Source: a virus
Lineage: Duplodnaviria; Caudoviricetes
Virus record (IMG/VR): IMGVR_UViG_2885526491_000007
Span: 32,001 to 96,000 of that record
Direction: 5' to 3' (one strand)
Length of the DNA stretch: 64,000 nt
Positions 59,909-64,000 of this stretch are shown in pieces. The notes beneath the pieces were generated by a model. The model made no database searches, was not told where the DNA came from, and saw only the letters and a program-made list of their open reading frames with translations. Numbering within the stretch: the stretch's first letter is position 1; each line of letters starts with the position of its first letter. Both the position numbers and the translations under genes were made by a program.

Positions 59909-61936
59909 TTAATGCTGTTCTAATTTAGGAATTACTTTTTCTGAAACAAACTTCTCCACCATATTGAAGTCTTCTGTGTACGTTTTAAATGGTAACGAAC
60001 TTAATACAGACTTTCTGTATGGCTTATTGCTACCCTCGCTTAAACGTGAATCCAAAATGCTAATGATGCCTGTATCAGTCTCAGTCCTAATTAGGCGACC
60101 TGTCCCTTGGCGCAATTTAATTAGCATTTCTGGAAGAAATATTTCATTCATTGGATCTTTAGAATTATTGATCTTATGTTCAGTAATAGGGTCACTTGGA
60201 ACTGGAAATGGAAGTCTCACTATAATTACCTGAGATAAATCTGATCCAGAGATATTAATCCCTTCCCAAAAGATCCCTGTTCCAAAAAGCACACCATTAC
60301 TTTCTTTAAATTCAGTGATTGCAGAATCTTGAGAAGATCCCTCTTTTTGCACAATAATCCGCCAGTTAACTTTAATCTTTGATAAGTTTTCGATTACAAG
60401 CTTTAGATCTTCCTTTGCAGAGAATAAGACCAGTGTTCTGCCGTTAGTCAAATTGCAAAGTTTTACAATTTTATCAGTAGCGGCCTTTAGAAAAACCTCT
60501 TTATTGTCCTCATTTTTCACTCTGTACATAGGCATGTCATTGGTAACGTACATTAGAGCATTTTCTTCATACTTATAAGGCGAGAATTGTTGTTCTCCCA
60601 GTACTCCCTTGAATCCTAATGCCTTTGTAATGTAATCATATCTTTCTTCAAGAGATGAGCCAGATTGACAAATCGTAGCCGAAGTAAGGATAACTGAGTT
60701 TCGGCCTGAGAATAATCTATCTGTCAGTACATCTTTTATATTTTTTGGGCAATAACTAAGTTCAACAGTATTTTTGTTCGCTTTTTGAGACCAAATGAGA
60801 TAATCAGACTTAACATTTCCTAAGATGGAAAAAAGCGTATGGAAATCTCTCAATTCTTGCAATGAGTCATCAATCTGTCTCTCTTTTTTACCTGTATCAA
60901 TCAGAGACATTGATGTGATAAGTTCTTTAGTATGTTCAATAAGTGCCTGGAAATCAACTGAGTTGATAGTTGATATTGAATACCTCTCAGACTCTGATGA
61001 TACATAACTATCAATCTGATCCTTAACTGTTTTAAATATATTTTCAAGCTCATAAACAAGCATGTCTATACTCCGTAAGTGGGTGTAAACACCTCTTGAA
61101 TCGAGTAATCTTGATATATTTCTTATAGATTTTTTTGAATCTGAAAGATTAAATTTTAATGTTAAAGCACTTCTAACCTTCTCTTCGAAATTGTGAGCTT
61201 CATCAATTATTGTTAATACGTTGCTGTCAGTCATAAAACCTTTTCCGGTTTCATATTTTCGAATCAAATCTCTAATTAGTAAATCTTGGTTCACTACAAT
61301 AAAATCAACTACCCTAGCATCAGTTTTTATTAAAGTCCTCATTTTATAGAACTCACAGGTATTCCTGTAAGTGCATTTTTCGTAAGTGCAATTATTTACA
61401 GAGACTCTATTCCAGTCCTTATCTGACACACCAAAAGATATGTCACTCCGTTGCTTAATTTTTCCGGATGAAATTTGTGTCACTAAGCTTTCAAAAAAAT
61501 GTTCTCCTTCTTTAATTAAACCCATTTCGATTATTCTCTCAGTGCGCTCTTGACATGAATAATTGGCCATTCCCTTACCGATTACAGCTCTAACCTCATC
61601 AAAACCTAATCGATGTGCAATTGTGTATACATCGTCATAAATTTGTTCGGACAGTTGTATTGAAGAAGTTGCTATAATAATAGGCTTTCTAAGTCTCTCA
61701 TTAATTAATAATGAAGGTATCAAATATGCAAATGATTTACCAATTCCTACCCCTGCTTCTATTATTAGATTGCTATCGTCAGTAAAAGCCTCTACAATAT
61801 CTAATGACATATTTTCTTGACCTTCCCTGGGATGCATTCCATACGCTTCGACGTTTTCGTATATTTCAAAAACTTTGTCTATTAGCTTTGGTTCTAATTT
61901 TTTCTTAGAAAGCTGCCGATCAAATAACCATGAAAT
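59909..61936 (-). CDS. dinG: DinG/YoaA-family Fe-S helicase; probable ATT start
   Basis: REGQ, EAGVGIGKS, Cys cluster, DEAH, TSAT, FWEGINI, RLPFPVP, QGTGRLIR; 33 extra codons up to ATT behind AGGGGGAG. Confidence 0.92.
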   Translation of the reverse strand: MSWLFDRQLSKKKLEPKLIDKVFEIYENVEAYGMHPREGQENMSLDIVEAFTDDSNLIIEAGVGIGKSFAYLIPSLLINERLRKPIIIATSSIQLSEQIYDDVYTIAHRLGFDEVRAVIGKGMANYSCQERTERIIEMGLIKEGEHFFESLVTQISSGKIKQRSDISFGVSDKDWNRVSVNNCTYEKCTYRNTCEFYKMRTLIKTDARVVDFIVVNQDLLIRDLIRKYETGKGFMTDSNVLTIIDEAHNFEEKVRSALTLKFNLSDSKKSIRNISRLLDSRGVYTHLRSIDMLVYELENIFKTVKDQIDSYVSSESERYSISTINSVDFQALIEHTKELITSMSLIDTGKKERQIDDSLQELRDFHTLFSILGNVKSDYLIWSQKANKNTVELSYCPKNIKDVLTDRLFSGRNSVILTSATICQSGSSLEERYDYITKALGFKGVLGEQQFSPYKYEENALMYVTNDMPMYRVKNEDNKEVFLKAATDKIVKLCNLTNGRTLVLFSAKEDLKLVIENLSKIKVNWRIIVQKEGSSQDSAITEFKESNGVLFGTGIFWEGINISGSDLSQVIIVRLPFPVPSDPITEHKINNSKDPMNEIFLPEMLIKLRQGTGRLIRTETDTGIISILDSRLSEGSNKPYRKSVLSSLPFKTYTEDFNMVEKFVSEKVIPKLEQH

Positions 61937-62037
61937 ATGTATCTCCCCCTATTAAATGCATTCAACAACTATTATATCACGTAAACTAATAGAGGAACAT
62001 GTGTGCGATACCAATCATATCCTGTAAAATAACTGTT

Positions 62038-62493
62038 TCATTCTAAAACCTTCCCATATATCTCTTCCATAGATACATAGATCACTTCTCCACTAGGAAG
62101 ACTTACATTATAGCCTTCTCTTTTTGGTTTTCTCTTAATCAATTCATTTTGAAAGCTGAAAACATTATTTTTGTTATGGTTCTTGATGTATTTTCTAGTG
62201 TATATACGTACAAGGAAATAGCTAAAAGGGTCGTTTATTTTCATACCAACATCCTCAAATTTAATTATCCCTGCATGATATGTACATTTCATTTCTCTAT
62301 TCCACAGGCTACCTCTGAAAACATTATCGCCCTTCCACTCATAATTGTGGAACCATTTTATAAAAGTTGAATAACTGGCCCAACCAGACTTAATTGAACC
62401 ATCCAACGTCATTGATAAATGAATCATCCAATCGATAGTTATAAGTAACAAGGCAAGAATCAAAATAGCTAAAACTATCATTAAGGTAGTTAT
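62038..62493 (-). CDS. membrane-anchored protein (paralog of 4619..4945); ATA start possible
   Basis: Shared motifs; AAGGAGGAG RBS before ATA. Confidence 0.75.
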   Translation of the reverse strand: MTTLMIVLAILILALLLITIDWMIHLSMTLDGSIKSGWASYSTFIKWFHNYEWKGDNVFRGSLWNREMKCTYHAGIIKFEDVGMKINDPFSYFLVRIYTRKYIKNHNKNNVFSFQNELIKRKPKREGYNVSLPSGEVIYVSMEEIYGKVLE

Positions 62494-62528
62494 CTCTCAA
62501 CTCCTCCTTTCTATTTAAAATCCTGCTC

Positions 62529-62765
62529 TCATTGGAATGCCTTGACAAGCTTATGATGAATTTCATCTTTAGAATCGAATGCACTAATCAATACATCGCG
62601 CTCATTTCGTCCGTAAGCTGCAACAATTACTCTATCCAGATCCATTACATGAATACATTTTGCACCAACATAATATGTAGTATCACCAATGACTACCTCA
62701 AAATCAAACGATTCTCCATTGTTCATATTAAAAATAACATTCGCTACATCTTTCAGGTTTTTCAC
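62529..62765 (-). CDS. hypothetical protein
   Basis: AAAGGAGG plus GTG; bounded by palindromes 62515 and 62780. Confidence 0.65.
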   Translation of the reverse strand: MKNLKDVANVIFNMNNGESFDFEVVIGDTTYYVGAKCIHVMDLDRVIVAAYGRNERDVLISAFDSKDEIHHKLVKAFQ

Positions 62766-62796
62766 TCTTATTCCTCCTTTTGAAATACTGTTTTGA

Positions 62797-62943
62797 TCAA
62801 CTCTCATTGCCGAACGTATCTTGATACCAATCTTCAAAGCCAAACGGTTCTTCTCCTTTATGGTAGCCCCATTCAACATAATTGTCGTAAATCTCCACAA
62901 TCTCGTCTTCTGTAAGTTCTTCTCTTCTCTTGTTTATCTGCAT
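62797..62943 (-). CDS. hypothetical protein
   Basis: GGAGGG RBS; bounded by palindromes 62780 and 62965. Confidence 0.6.
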   Translation of the reverse strand: MQINKRREELTEDEIVEIYDNYVEWGYHKGEEPFGFEDWYQDTFGNES

Positions 62944-63218
62944 CGTGTATCCCTCCATTTCTATGTAAAATCGTTGTTTCACTTAGTCTTATGTATCGTT
63001 ACAGCACATTGTTTCTTTTGCTGGTACATCGTTTCTTACTTCCTGATCTAATCATAGCATCATAACACTATAATTACAATACATATTTTTATTCTTATTG
63101 TGTTTAATTTCATTTAACAATGAAAATCCTTGATAAAAGTATCATACTGAACTAGAATAATCCTATTGCATGAACTAGTACTTTAGGAGGAGCAGTACAC
63201 TATGTTTACTGATGCTTT

Positions 63219-63380
63219 ATGAGTAAGAGTACTTTGTTTTGGGTAATTGGAAATTGTCTTGCACTACTAGGATACATATTATACATAACTACGTCTAAGA
63301 TTGAATACGTGTATGTAGTTCTAATTTTAGCTACAATATTGCTTATAGTTTCCGTGTATTTAGTTATTAAAAAGAAATAA
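63219..63380 (+). CDS. 53-aa 2-TM peptide
   Basis: MSKSTLFWVIGNCLALLGYILY...LLIVSVYLVIKKK; followed by a terminator. Confidence 0.55.
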   Translation: MSKSTLFWVIGNCLALLGYILYITTSKIEYVYVVLILATILLIVSVYLVIKKK

Positions 63381-63414
63381 AAAAGGAGCTGCTTAATCGC
63401 AGACTCCTTTTTTT
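63381..63414. terminator. bidirectional terminator
   Basis: AAAAGGAG-CTGC...GCAG-A-CTCCTTTTTT. Confidence 0.75.
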
Positions 63415-63454
63415 ATGTACTTATATTATATGAACTATATACCTATTTTTACTC

Positions 63455-63586
63455 TTAAATTAAACTAAACAAAGTTATTAACTGCTCTACAAAGTTGACT
63501 GGTACTACTTTAAAAGAAACAGATAGAGTTAAAACTAACACAGTAATACATACCAAATTGATTGTTGCGAGTCTCTTGTTTTCCAT
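63455..63586 (-). CDS. 43-aa hydrophobic peptide
   Basis: MENKRLATINLVCITVLVLTLSVSFKVVPVNFVEQLITLFSLI; GAAGGAGG RBS. Confidence 0.55.
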   Translation of the reverse strand: MENKRLATINLVCITVLVLTLSVSFKVVPVNFVEQLITLFSLI

Positions 63587-64000
63587 GCATATCAACCTCC
63601 TTCACCACATGATATCTATGATAAAACCATAAACTATATTGAAACGATATACAGAATATGGTAGTATAGATTCAGTGGTGAAGTTTTGCCACAATATTAT
63701 TGTCTTTGTAAGGCCCGCCCTCTGTTCACTGCGAATGATCAGAGGGTACTATATAATGTTAATATATTTATTCTTAAAAGTCAATATCTTTTTCATGTAA
63801 GCTTCACACTGGACTATAAAACATCCAGTGTTTTTTATTTTGTTATGTAAGTGTAACATTTCATAGTATCTTGACTACCTTAATTCATCATTTCTAATTA
63901 TCGTCTCACCCTCATTAACCAATGAGGCAGTTAGTTCAGTATACGGACTGTCATATTGTTTATGAATCACTACAGTTCTATATCCACCGATCTTAACTAT

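Larger units (their letters stand above)
667..62982. repeat. Dispersed 18-bp palindrome RTVAAA-N6-TTTBAY at gene junctions (about 60 copies)
   Basis: Start positions: 667,1927,4349,4967,5329,7927,8128,8515,13203,14480,15316,15590,15826,16241,16923,17960,18169,18355,18900,19361,22161,24838,25084,26437,26846,27971,29100,29645,30608,30892,31868,33362,34066,34227,34688,35514,36106,36996,38538,40518,43147,50028,51051,51334,52194,53342,53616,54110,55432,56170,56484,56673,57336,57747,58757,59843,62024,62515,62780,62965. 38 match strictly; the rest have 1-2 mismatches. Confidence 0.92.
1..64000. mobile_element. SPbeta-like prophage/phage early region (both ends lie outside the window)
   Basis: Dense co-oriented small ORFs; homologs of SPbeta YorK/J/I/H/G/F replication genes, UvrX-YolD, LigB and the YopR/YopQ repressor module; no host housekeeping genes. 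Confidence 0.93.

Noticed and set aside
667-62982. Junction palindrome as a CRISPR repeat, CcpA cre site or terminator
   Set aside because: Spacing is irregular and gene-sized with no cas genes; it lacks the central CG and 14-bp length of cre; AT-only 6-bp arms are too weak for a terminator stem
229-63051. Most plus-strand ORFs and alternative-frame minus ORFs in the track (e.g. 229..456, 2839..3129, 10381..10815, 48699..48899)
   Set aside because: Shadows of real genes, with no RBS or protein-like motifs
1-64000. tRNA, rRNA, IS elements, group I/II introns
   Set aside because: No recognisable signatures by eye; tRNAscan/Infernal were not run

Overview
The whole window is an internal segment of a large SPbeta-like temperate phage or prophage of a spore-forming Bacillota host. 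Paenibacillus is the likely host, inferred from the copper-amine-oxidase stalk protein, RsfA and YhjD-like genes. Almost all genes are on the minus strand. It contains: (i) an early replication/recombination block (DNA methyltransferase, RecJ, primase, DnaB helicase, ATP-dependent ligase, AAA ATPase, SSB-like protein, Gp157, UvrX/YolD, DinG); (ii) a lysogeny-control block at about 43.7-50 kb with MrpR/YopR-like and YopQ-like genes, XRE, an orphan MazF, RsfA and a kinase-less agr-like cassette (membrane protein, agrB, agrD, LytTR), most of it bracketed by a perfect 29-bp inverted repeat; (iii) long runs of small accessory genes. The most striking unexplained structure is an 18-bp palindrome, RTVAAA-N6-TTTBAY. 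I found about 60 copies by eye, nearly all at accessory-gene junctions between one gene's stop codon and the next gene's RBS. It was not seen in the primase-helicase-ligase or repressor blocks, which gives a gene-cassette-array architecture. Several genes appear to start at ATA, ATT or CTG, and several carry single-base lesions. No tRNA, rRNA, CRISPR or structural genes were seen. All family calls come from motif recognition, not database searches.
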